Assembly (NCBI GenBank): GCA_002336805.1
Contig: DDEZ01000010.1
Location: 74,895-138,894, forward strand
Direction of reading: 5' to 3'
DNA: 64,000 nt
DNA from: Bacteroidetes bacterium UBA1941
GTDB lineage: Bacteria; Bacteroidota; Bacteroidia; Chitinophagales; LD1
Below are positions 45,144 through 53,857 of the stretch, piece by piece. The translations under genes and the position numbers were made by a program. The notes below the pieces were generated by a model. That model was not told where the DNA came from. It was given only the letters and a program-made list of their open reading frames with translations, and did no database searches. Each line of letters opens with the position of its first letter. Position 1 is the first letter of the stretch.

Positions 45144-45584
45144 CTACTTGCTGCCAATGAATAGCTTCTCCTGGCCATAGTCTACCACCACATTGTGGAG
45201 CTTCAGCAGGTCGGAGCCGAGGATGCCGTCTATCTTTTTGATCTTCATCTTGCGGTAGGTGCCATTCACATGGCTCAGGTCCACGCCGGCTACGAAGTAT
45301 TGGGAGATATTGAGGTCGCCTATGGTGAGTTTTTTGAGCGTACCGGTGTAGGACTCCATCACCGTGCTGTGCAGGCCGGTGGTCTCCTGCTTGATCACCT
45401 TCATCTTGCGCGCCAGCTTGGTCTCGTAAAAGGTCTTGTCTATCACAGACTTTGATGCGCCGGTATCTATGAGAAAGCGGCATTTTTTGCCCTCTACAGT
45501 CACAGTGATAAAAGGGTGGTAGCCACCGCCCATCATTTCTGATACAGTGAATTTGATGCCTTTCGGCTTGGTTGTTTTTGCCAT
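45144..45584 (-). CDS. retropepsin-like (clan AA) single-domain aspartic protease
   Basis: 146 aa. FLIDTGASKSVID contains the D-T-G catalytic triad in the retropepsin context. GILGSDLL is a flap/dimer-interface-like block. No signal peptide. Confidence 0.8.
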   Translation of the reverse strand: MAKTTKPKGIKFTVSEMMGGGYHPFITVTVEGKKCRFLIDTGASKSVIDKTFYETKLARKMKVIKQETTGLHSTVMESYTGTLKKLTIGDLNISQYFVAGVDLSHVNGTYRKMKIKKIDGILGSDLLKLHNVVVDYGQEKLFIGSK

Positions 45585-45595
45585 TTGAGCTGGAT

Positions 45596-45630
45596 AAAAT
45601 AAAAAAGACCGTATATGTGAATATACGGCC
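45596..45630 (-). terminator. rho-independent terminator of mdh
   Basis: The minus strand reads ggccgtata ttcaca tatacggtc: a 9 bp stem including one G.U pair, followed by TTTTTTATTTT. It lies 22 nt after the mdh stop. Confidence 0.65.
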
Positions 45631-45651
45631 TTTCTATTGGTTTAGTTTGGA

Positions 45652-46587
45652 TTATACTGTCAGTGTGTTGAGAACTTCATTCATAGAGCGGACAGCGTCA
45701 GCGCTCTTGTTGAATGCTTCCTGCTCTTCAGCATTCAGCTTGTAGTCCACGATCTTCTCCCAGCCGTTCTTGCCTATCACTACAGGCACGCCGAGGCAGA
45801 TATCCTTCTGGCCGTACTCACCATCGAGGGCTACGCAGCATGGGTATACTTTCTTCTCATCGCGCACGATGCTCTCTACGAGGGCAGCACCAGCCGCACC
45901 CGGAGCGTACCAGGCAGAGGTGCCTATCAGCTTGGTCAGGGTCGCGCCGCCTACCATCGTGTCAGCAGCTATCTTTTGCAGCTCCTCTGCAGAGAGGAGG
46001 TGGCTCACCGCGTGAGAGTTGAGGAATGCGAGGCGGGTGAGTGGTATCATGGTCGTATCGCCGTGGCCGCCTATCACTACTGCGTGCAGGTCGCTCGGAG
46101 AGCACTTCAGCGCAGCGCTGAGGTAATACTTGAAGCGGCTGCTATCCAGTATGCCACCCATGCCTATGATGCGGTTTTTAGGAATGCCGCTGCTCTTCAG
46201 CGCGAGGTAGGTCATGGTGTCCATCGGGTTGCTGATCACTACGATGATCACGTCCGGAGAGTGCTTCAGGAGATTTTCTGTCACCGTCTTTACGATGCCG
46301 GCGTTGGTGCTGATCAGCTCCTCGCGCGTCATACCCGGCTTGCGCGGGATGCCTGAGGTGATCACTGCTACGTGGCTGCCTTGTGTCTTGGTATAGTCAT
46401 TGGTAGAGCCTATGACCTTGGTGTCAAAGCCCAGCAGCGTAGCTGTCTGGCTCATGTCCATGGCTTTGCCCTCGGCCACACCTTCCTTGATGTCTACGAG
46501 TACCAGCTCCTGGCAGAGTTCTTTCCTGACGATATTGTCAGCTACGGTAGCGCCTACTGCACCTGCACCTACTACGGTTATTTTCAT
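45652..46587 (-). CDS. mdh: malate dehydrogenase (LDH-like type)
   Basis: Start taken at ATG 46587: MKITVVGAGAVGATVADNIV (Rossmann fold), GIPRKPGMTREELI and VIGGHGDTMIP. The 35-codon upstream extension in the track is rejected. Confidence 0.95.
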   Translation of the reverse strand: MKITVVGAGAVGATVADNIVRKELCQELVLVDIKEGVAEGKAMDMSQTATLLGFDTKVIGSTNDYTKTQGSHVAVITSGIPRKPGMTREELISTNAGIVKTVTENLLKHSPDVIIVVISNPMDTMTYLALKSSGIPKNRIIGMGGILDSSRFKYYLSAALKCSPSDLHAVVIGGHGDTTMIPLTRLAFLNSHAVSHLLSAEELQKIAADTMVGGATLTKLIGTSAWYAPGAAGAALVESIVRDEKKVYPCCVALDGEYGQKDICLGVPVVIGKNGWEKIVDYKLNAEEQEAFNKSADAVRSMNEVLNTLTV

Positions 46588-46731
46588 GATATTTTGATTG
46601 ATAAATGGTGAAATAAAAGACGGCGCAAACGTAAGGTAATTTGAGGAAAAGGGGAAAAGATTTTTATCAGCCGCCACGCGGTCATTATCCACCGTTTTAC
46701 CTGCGAAAAATCCGCTATTTTCAGCCCTCCG

Positions 46732-47709
46732 ATGCCACAGTCATTCCGCACCATCATACCGCTGCCACGGGCACCTTTCAGCCTCAGTCACAAGGACCGC
46801 CTGGTCACCATAGGCTCGTGCTTTTCGGAGCATATAGGAAAGTATTTTGCGGCGTATAAGTTTGACACCGACATCAATCCCTTCGGCCAGCAGTACAATC
46901 CCGGCTCGATAGCTACTGCCTTAGACCGCCTGCTGTCGGCAAAGCCCTACAGCGCAGATGAACTAGTAAAGCACGATGAGCTGTACCACTCCTTTGATCA
47001 TCACGGCAGCTTCTCCCTGCCGGGAAAAGAAGAGACGGCAGCCGCTATCAATGAAAGGCTACAGCTATCATCGGAGAAACTAAAGCAGGCAACTGTACTG
47101 TTTCTCACCTTCGGCACGGCTCATGTGTTTAAGCTGAAAGGGACAGGCCGCATCGTCTCAAACTGCCACAAGATACCGGCAAAGGAGTTTGATTTTGAAA
47201 TGCTATCGACAGAGGAGATCGTACACTTGCTATCGCAAAGTTTAGAGGCACTCTGGCAGGTCAATCCTGCTGTGAGAGTAGTGCTGACCGTCAGCCCTGT
47301 GCGCTACTTCGCTTTCGGTCATTTTGAGAACTCAGTGAGCAAAGGCCGCCTGCATGATGCCAGTTATCAGCTGACGCAAAAATATCCGCAAACGTTTTAC
47401 TTCCCCGCTTATGAGATCGTGATGGATGAGCTGCGCGATTACAGGTTCTTTGCCGATGATATGCTGCATCCCAATAAGCTCGCCATAGATTACGTATGGG
47501 AGCAACTGGTAAAGACCTTTATCCCTGTGAAGGATCAGGAACTACTGCAAGAGATAGACGAGATCACCACTGCCGCCAATCACCGCGTACGCAACCCCGA
47601 TAGCGAAGCGCATCAGAAGTTTAAAGAGAAGTACTTAGCTAAAATCAAAGCGCTGGAGGAGAAGTATGGGTTTGATTTTGCTAGAGAGGTTGAACTGATA
47701 AACAGGTAA
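46732..47709 (+). CDS. GSCFA-domain protein
   Basis: VTIGSCFSEHIG is the eponymous GSCFA motif. 325 aa, a typical family size. Confidence 0.85.
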   Translation: MPQSFRTIIPLPRAPFSLSHKDRLVTIGSCFSEHIGKYFAAYKFDTDINPFGQQYNPGSIATALDRLLSAKPYSADELVKHDELYHSFDHHGSFSLPGKEETAAAINERLQLSSEKLKQATVLFLTFGTAHVFKLKGTGRIVSNCHKIPAKEFDFEMLSTEEIVHLLSQSLEALWQVNPAVRVVLTVSPVRYFAFGHFENSVSKGRLHDASYQLTQKYPQTFYFPAYEIVMDELRDYRFFADDMLHPNKLAIDYVWEQLVKTFIPVKDQELLQEIDEITTAANHRVRNPDSEAHQKFKEKYLAKIKALEEKYGFDFAREVELINR

Positions 47710-47712
47710 TGA

Positions 47713-48669
47713 ATGGGCAGTACTGAATTCTTAAATCTTTCTGACAAGGATAAATACTACTACTTTACCTCATGTATTGATACTGAAGAGCAACTCGAAG
47801 ACTTTTGGAAGGAGTTAGTAGAAGTGAAGCAGCGTAAGGAGTTTATATTTAGAGGAGTAGAAGAAGCTAGGTATAAACTGTATAATTCTGCGCAGCGGTA
47901 CTTTTTGGAATACAAAGATTCAAAATTATACTGCGTTGGTTATGATTTGTTTATACAAAATAGCATTGAGACAATTCGCACGTGGAATAATAATAGCGTT
48001 GAACGTTATTTAAGTCAAAGAGGCATAGGTGCGAATAGTATAGCGTATCTGAGTCTGATGCAGCATTTTGGTGTTCCAACTCCTCTATTGGATTTTACTT
48101 ATAATCCTTTTGTAGCTTTGTATTTTGCATCCAAATTCACAAAGGTTGAGTCATGCGTAAATCAAATTGATAATTATTCATCATTGATTCTGGTGCATAG
48201 TCAACATTTCATTATCCAAAATGCGTTGGATTATTTTCAGCAACTTTTGAAATCTTATGATGATGGTGTTGTACCTTATCGAGCACTAAAGTTTGCTCTT
48301 TTTCTACTGTTCGATAGTAATAATGATGTTTTCAAAATTACCAATAACCACAATATCATAAATCAAGAAGGAGTATTATTCTTTAACGATCATGCGAAAC
48401 TACCTTTGGAAGAATATTTCACTACAACGAGTAAATACGCCAAAGCATTAAGAGGGCAGGATGTAAATGATGGTGAGAATAGATTATTTGCTTGTTGGAA
48501 TATTTCTAAGCGTTTGCATAGTATTATTCAAAGGAGACTAAGAAAGGATTTCTCAATTGATAGAGAATTTTTGTTCCCGGACTTTACGAAACTTGAATCT
48601 GCGTTTCATAGTTCTGTCGAAAGATACAATCGTCAATTTCCCCCGCCGGAAAGTCCTATGTGGCGATAA
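47713..48669 (+). CDS. FRG-domain protein (function unknown)
   Basis: FIFRGVEEARYKLYNSAQRYF (the F/Y-R-G motif) and MQHFGVPTPLLDFTYNPFVALYFA (the conserved second block of the FRG domain). The gene is visibly AT-rich relative to both neighbours. Confidence 0.85.
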   Translation: MGSTEFLNLSDKDKYYYFTSCIDTEEQLEDFWKELVEVKQRKEFIFRGVEEARYKLYNSAQRYFLEYKDSKLYCVGYDLFIQNSIETIRTWNNNSVERYLSQRGIGANSIAYLSLMQHFGVPTPLLDFTYNPFVALYFASKFTKVESCVNQIDNYSSLILVHSQHFIIQNALDYFQQLLKSYDDGVVPYRALKFALFLLFDSNNDVFKITNNHNIINQEGVLFFNDHAKLPLEEYFTTTSKYAKALRGQDVNDGENRLFACWNISKRLHSIIQRRLRKDFSIDREFLFPDFTKLESAFHSSVERYNRQFPPPESPMWR

Positions 48670-49598
48670 AGCATCTTATCATACCGCATCACCACAGAGA
48701 TGTCTTTGCCCCGCAGATAGGAGAGTAGCTCCTGCTCCGGTCCCCTGTGTGTGAGCAGCACAAAGTCGCCACCCCAGGCGCCGAGAGATTTGACCTCACC
48801 CCAGTAGTCGGAGAATAGCTGCGACTTGATCGTAGGCGTTTGGAGTGCCTCAGATACGATGGCCTCATGCTCGCGGATGATCTGCTCCATCTTTTCCAGC
48901 GTCTGGCTTTGCAGCATGCTGTCGGTCAGTTTGCTCAGCCATATCACGGCTTCTTTATTGGCCTTGATGCGTTCGCGGTAGGAGGTGATACTGGTGGAAG
49001 AGACGACCTTCTTGCCCGTATAGGCAAAGTACAACTGCTCTGCATACGGCGGCAGGAAATGAACCTGCTCCCACGTAGCCTTGCCGTCTTTCAGCGCGTA
49101 TACTATCGGCTCATCACTCCCGGCTACGGCTACGTCATAGCCCGAGCCGCCCATTGTAGCGTGCAGCAGTGCCACTCCATCCACACCAGCCCATGCAGAC
49201 AGGCAGTACACGAGTGTAGAGCTGGTGCCTAGTCCCCATTCATTAGGAAACTCGAGACTGGTCTCTACGGCTATATCATTGTCTCCGAAGAGAAAGGACG
49301 GATTCATTAGTCTCGCCTGCTGGAGCATCTGAGAGAGTGTGCGTGCGTCTTTGCTATCAGTATTGATGCACTGCAGCGTCTGCTTGTCAAAAGTGAGATG
49401 CAGCCAGGGTTCTTTGAGGTGATTTAGCGCTATCCAGTAGAGGGTATTGCTTTGCCCGCTCAGTTCTTTCACGCGTAGGTGCTGGCCAAATTGTACGGGT
49501 ATGGTCAATACTTTAGCTCCTTCCAAAGCAAAATACTCGGAGGTCAGCATGAGTTTGCCGTGGCCGTAATAGTGGTGCTGGTCGGATGTGTGCTGCAC
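48633..49598 (-). CDS. GHMP-family kinase of the Bacteroidota mevalonate pathway (GYDIA-type)
   Basis: GHGKLMLTSEYFALEGAKVLTIP, GLGTSSTLVY (the GHMP ATP motif) and GGSGYDVAVA (the GYDIA-like motif, as I recall the family name). Its GTG start overlaps the HMGR stop by 1 nt (TAGTG). Confidence 0.72.
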   Translation of the reverse strand: MQHTSDQHHYYGHGKLMLTSEYFALEGAKVLTIPVQFGQHLRVKELSGQSNTLYWIALNHLKEPWLHLTFDKQTLQCINTDSKDARTLSQMLQQARLMNPSFLFGDNDIAVETSLEFPNEWGLGTSSTLVYCLSAWAGVDGVALLHATMGGSGYDVAVAGSDEPIVYALKDGKATWEQVHFLPPYAEQLYFAYTGKKVVSSTSITSYRERIKANKEAVIWLSKLTDSMLQSQTLEKMEQIIREHEAIVSEALQTPTIKSQLFSDYWGEVKSLGAWGGDFVLLTHRGPEQELLSYLRGKDISVVMRYDKMLYRHIGLSGGGN

Positions 49599-50941
49599 TA
49601 GCTGCTCTTTCGTAGCGTTTCGAGATAGTCGCGTACTGACGATACGGAGATCGTCTTATCCTCAAAGTAAACCCTCGCTTTCTCAGCCTCAGTATCTGTG
49701 GCCTGGTACTGCGCGAGGATATTGGTGAGGTGCATCTTCATATGGCCCTTCTGTATGCCGGTAGTGGTCAGGGAGCGCACTGCGGCGAAGTTCTGCGCCA
49801 GGCCTACTGCCACGATCACAGACATGAGCTCCTTTGCATTAGGATTGCCCAGCAGCTCCAGGGAGCGCTTGGCCAGCGGGTGTAGCGAGGTAAGGCCACC
49901 CACGGTACCGATAGCCAGCGGCATGGTCATACCAAAGGTGAACACACCATCTTTTACCGTGCAGTCACTGAGACTGCGATATTGGCCATCACGACTGGCA
50001 TAGGTATGTGCGCAGGACTCTACCGCGCGGAAGTCATTGCCGGTAGCCATCACCACGGAGTCTATACCGTTCATGATGCCTTTATTGTGCGTAGTGGCTC
50101 TGTATGGATCTATGGTAGCGATGGTCACCGCCCGGCGGAATTTCTCCGCAAACTCCTGTGCACTCATCTTGCCTCCCTCAAAGGTGCCAAGCTCTTCTAT
50201 CTTACATGAGACCTCGCAGCGCACCACGCAGTCTGGTGTATAGTTAGAGAGGATGCACATCACGATCTCGATGTCTTTCTCCGTAGGAGTGAAGATCGGG
50301 CTCTCGTCCATCATGTCCTTGAGCAGTGCGCCAAACTCCTCCAGGCAAGAGTTGATAAAGTTGGCCCCCATAGAGTCTACCGTCTCAAAGTAGCCGCGTA
50401 TCTGGTAGTAGTTTGGCTCGATGTGAGAGAAGTCTATCAGCTCGAGGTCCTTGACCCCGCCACCGCGCTCCTCCATCTTGGCAGTGATAGGCTTGACGCC
50501 TGCTATCAGCTTGCTCTTTATCTCTTTGAAGTAGGCTATGAATTTATCCTTGTCACCCTTATAGATGATATGTACCTGGCCGATCTTGACTGTAGACACC
50601 ACGGTAGATTTAAATCCGCCACGTGTCAGCCAGAACTTCGCCGCATTGGACGCTGCCGCTACCACAGAGCTTTCCTCTGTGACCATTGGCACGGCGTAGA
50701 CCTTGTCATTGATCTTAAAGTTGGGCGCGATACCAAAGGGTACGGGGAAATTGGCGATCGTGTTTTCGCTAAAGCCGTCGAGCAGCTTCTGCGATTCTAT
50801 ATTGTCATGCCAGAATCCGGCAAACTCATTGAGTACCTCGATAGGATTGGCATAAAGGAAGTTTTTGGCTATCCATTTTATCTTATCGCGCTTGTTGAGT
50901 TTCGAGAAACCCGTGATGATCTGACCTTCTTCCTCCGTCAT
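49598..50941 (-). CDS. hydroxymethylglutaryl-CoA reductase, class II
   Basis: ENTIANFPVPFGIAPNFKINDKVYAVPMVTEESSVVAAASNAAKF, DSMGANFIN and ATGNDFRAVE match the class II (bacterial) HMGR blocks. Confidence 0.9.
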   Translation of the reverse strand: MTEEEGQIITGFSKLNKRDKIKWIAKNFLYANPIEVLNEFAGFWHDNIESQKLLDGFSENTIANFPVPFGIAPNFKINDKVYAVPMVTEESSVVAAASNAAKFWLTRGGFKSTVVSTVKIGQVHIIYKGDKDKFIAYFKEIKSKLIAGVKPITAKMEERGGGVKDLELIDFSHIEPNYYQIRGYFETVDSMGANFINSCLEEFGALLKDMMDESPIFTPTEKDIEIVMCILSNYTPDCVVRCEVSCKIEELGTFEGGKMSAQEFAEKFRRAVTIATIDPYRATTHNKGIMNGIDSVVMATGNDFRAVESCAHTYASRDGQYRSLSDCTVKDGVFTFGMTMPLAIGTVGGLTSLHPLAKRSLELLGNPNAKELMSVIVAVGLAQNFAAVRSLTTTGIQKGHMKMHLTNILAQYQATDTEAEKARVYFEDKTISVSSVRDYLETLRKSS

Positions 50942-51039
50942 GCCGCGCTAAAATAAGTTTTCGCTCTCACACAGACAATTGCCTGAAAGCCAAATATGAG
51001 GATCATCGGTAGTTTGATAGACAACGCAGGTAAGTTTCA

Positions 51040-52410
51040 CTAAGCAAAAACCTTTTCTGCCACGCTGAAAGTGGCTCTGGTAAACATGCCCGGACGCTGG
51101 CTCAGCACCAGCGGGGAGATGATATGCACGGCATTGCGGATCATGCGGTAGCTGCGGCTGATATTAGCCGGAGTGGGCCGGGGCAGGATGATCCTGCGCG
51201 CACCATGCACCGCTACGGCAAAGAAATGCCGGATCAGTTTATTGCTGTCCCTATTGATGGCCGAGAGGAGGGAGAGGGGCACCTCTGAATTTTTGCCCCC
51301 CTGCTGCAGATAGCTGTAGCAGGCCTCTTTCAGATCCGGGTCACTCATTACCTTATAGAGCGCATCGGCCAGGATATTGATGCTGGCATTGGCTGCATAG
51401 CGTGTTTCATAGAAGGCGGCTACTGCGTTTTCTATGTTTTCCTGCGTAAAGCTCTCGCGGATGGCTATCAGCCTGTCAGCCAGATTGTGTACATCTGTCA
51501 GGGCTACAGTCATGCCGCCGCCGGTGAGGGGATGGCGCATATTCAGTGAGTCGCCTACGAGTACAGCACCGGCTTTCAGTCGCGGATTGGCAGGTATCAG
51601 GTGGTTTGGCATCACACGAAATTTGCCTTCTTCTACCGCACGGAAGTATGCCGGCTGTATTTCCTTTGGCATCTGGCTGCCGATGGTCTCGCGGAGGTAG
51701 TGCGTCAGTTCCTCGCCTTTGCGTGGTGCCTGGTCTGAGGGGAAGTCTATCAGTACGCGCGTCTCCTCAGACGATACCGGATACACCAGCACCGGACTCG
51801 GCTCCGCCGCTATCACATGCCCGTGACCGGGAAATGGTAGCTCACAGTCCTTCATCAGCAGGCCGAGAAAGTAGCTGCTCACCGTCTTGGTCGTGTCAGA
51901 CAGCTTCTCGCGAAAGGCCGAGAACATACCATCACACACGATGGTCAGCGGTGCAGACACGAGAGAGGTAGCATCGGCTCCTTTAAGGATATATTGTACG
52001 CCGGAGATGACACCATCTGCTTCTGTGAGGCTGACTGCATTGCCCTCCAGTACGGTGATATTGTTTTGGGCTAAAAGCTCCGCACGGAGTGCCTGCAGCA
52101 GTTTGCCATTGCGCAGGCCACGGCCTGTCTGTGCGCCCGGATACTCTATGGAGAAGTGCTGGTCACGCAGGAAGAGAGCATAGCCGGTGATCTCCTGTGC
52201 ATCATAGCCCTCCAGCGCCTTGCTGAGGCCCATCTGCTCTAGCTGTGTCACACCGCCGGGCTGCATCAGCTCACCTACTATGCGGTCCTGCTCACGCATA
52301 TCTTTCTCCACCACCGCTACGCGGAAACCATGCCTGCCCAGATAGGCAGCTATCGAGGCACCAGCCACGCCGGCACCTATCACGCAAATGTCATACTTAC
52401 TAGCACTCAT
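51040..52410 (-). CDS. squalene monooxygenase (squalene epoxidase, ERG1-type flavoprotein)
   Basis: YDICVIGAGVAGASIAAYL (the FAD GxGxxG), IVGELMQPGG (the ERG1-family GEL(L/M)QPGG motif), and VGDSLNMRHPLTGGGMTVAL. Confidence 0.85.
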   Translation of the reverse strand: MSASKYDICVIGAGVAGASIAAYLGRHGFRVAVVEKDMREQDRIVGELMQPGGVTQLEQMGLSKALEGYDAQEITGYALFLRDQHFSIEYPGAQTGRGLRNGKLLQALRAELLAQNNITVLEGNAVSLTEADGVISGVQYILKGADATSLVSAPLTIVCDGMFSAFREKLSDTTKTVSSYFLGLLMKDCELPFPGHGHVIAAEPSPVLVYPVSSEETRVLIDFPSDQAPRKGEELTHYLRETIGSQMPKEIQPAYFRAVEEGKFRVMPNHLIPANPRLKAGAVLVGDSLNMRHPLTGGGMTVALTDVHNLADRLIAIRESFTQENIENAVAAFYETRYAANASINILADALYKVMSDPDLKEACYSYLQQGGKNSEVPLSLLSAINRDSNKLIRHFFAVAVHGARRIILPRPTPANISRSYRMIRNAVHIISPLVLSQRPGMFTRATFSVAEKVFA

Positions 52411-52429
52411 CTCTTGATTCTTGTCTCTA

Positions 52430-53632
52430 TCAGAACAGCACCGCCTTCTGCAGATCGATCTCCTCCATAGGTTGTATCTTACTCTTATAGCGGATCTTGT
52501 GGAGATTGGCTATGATGGTGTGGCAGCGCTCCTTGGTCAGGTCGTAGTGCGGGTCGTTTTTGTCCAGCTTTTTCAGGATGTCGTTTGCAAATTTCTCCAT
52601 CACCTTATGCACGCTCTCCATGTCTGTGGTATGCAGCATCAGCACGGCGGCTATGCCCTTGCGGATCTTGACCACCTCACGGTACACGTCAGGGTTGTTG
52701 TAGATCTTGGCCAGGGTGGCTATGGCCATCACCTGGGGTATAGCGCAGAAGCGGAACACCTGTGGATGGCGTATAAGGCTCAGATAGTCAATGCAATCAC
52801 CAACATATTGTAACGCATCGGTTACCAGATCATTGAGACAGGCACGGCTCTCGGCAGAGGTCGGATCCTGCATCAGCTCCTCCAGGCGGTGGGTGTACTT
52901 ACCCCATATTTCCTTTGGCCAGAAGCTACGGCCGAGGCTCAGGTCCTCATAGTAGTCGCGGGTGATATTGGTCTTCTGCAGCAGCAGGCCCATAGAGTTG
53001 GACAGCTTCAGTTGGTCTTTGAGCGCAGCGCTCTCTATACCTGAGGCAGAGAAAAGGCCCGACAGGCCGATACCCACGATACCCGCCACATAGTGGCAGT
53101 AGTGGTCATAGTCATGCAGGGTCACCAGCTTGCGCTCGGCAAAGTCTGCCATGCCGTTGCCCATCTTCCTGGTACTGGCCAGGATCACCTGCTGATAGTC
53201 TATCTTGAGAGATTTGAAGACGCGGATCACTTTATCAAAATTGGCCAGCAGCACGCGGTAGTCGTCAGAGTCACCCACCCCTTTGATCTGCCAGCCATCC
53301 TCCACACACTTCATGTGAAACTCGCGCAGCAGCGGCAGGCGCAGCTCGGCAGGGTAGAGCATATCATCCTCTACAGAGTCCAGGCCGCGGAGTACGAGGT
53401 AGTAGATACAAACAGGATCGCGCAGCTCTGTCGGCAGCTGATTGATGACCACGGCAAAGGAGCGGGACACCTTATTCAGCGCAGCATAGCAGAAGTCGCG
53501 GTCGCTCAGCTTCTCTGCCAGTACCTCCAGCGGCTCGTCGCTCTGGCGGATGTCAAAGCCGCCAAACTTGAGGCGAAACATGGCGATGATTTCATTAGGT
53601 CGGTGTGCGGATCTGATCAGGTCGCGTACCAT
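52430..53632 (-). CDS. squalene synthase (farnesyl-diphosphate farnesyltransferase, eukaryote-like ERG9 type)
   Basis: CYAALNKVSRSFAVVI, YYLVLRGLDSVEDDM (the first Asp-rich motif), MGLLLQKTNITRDYYEDL (the second Asp-rich motif) and GRSFWPKEIWGKY. All closely parallel eukaryotic SQS blocks. Confidence 0.9.
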   Translation of the reverse strand: MVRDLIRSAHRPNEIIAMFRLKFGGFDIRQSDEPLEVLAEKLSDRDFCYAALNKVSRSFAVVINQLPTELRDPVCIYYLVLRGLDSVEDDMLYPAELRLPLLREFHMKCVEDGWQIKGVGDSDDYRVLLANFDKVIRVFKSLKIDYQQVILASTRKMGNGMADFAERKLVTLHDYDHYCHYVAGIVGIGLSGLFSASGIESAALKDQLKLSNSMGLLLQKTNITRDYYEDLSLGRSFWPKEIWGKYTHRLEELMQDPTSAESRACLNDLVTDALQYVGDCIDYLSLIRHPQVFRFCAIPQVMAIATLAKIYNNPDVYREVVKIRKGIAAVLMLHTTDMESVHKVMEKFANDILKKLDKNDPHYDLTKERCHTIIANLHKIRYKSKIQPMEEIDLQKAVLF

Positions 53633-53857
53633 AATTTTTTATTTTCGGGTTAAGTGAAATGTTTGTTTTTATCAATGAAATACCCGTATCTTGCAACTAT
53701 AAAGTTTAAGCCAACGGATACTTTGTTTAAATCAAAGCTAGATTAAGTCGGTTGAACTGCGAAATTTTATCGGCAAAAAATTATACACAGGATTTTTCCA
53801 CCTGAGGCCTTCGGAAAGCAATACGCAGATAGCGTTTTGATACAGAAAAGATTAAAC

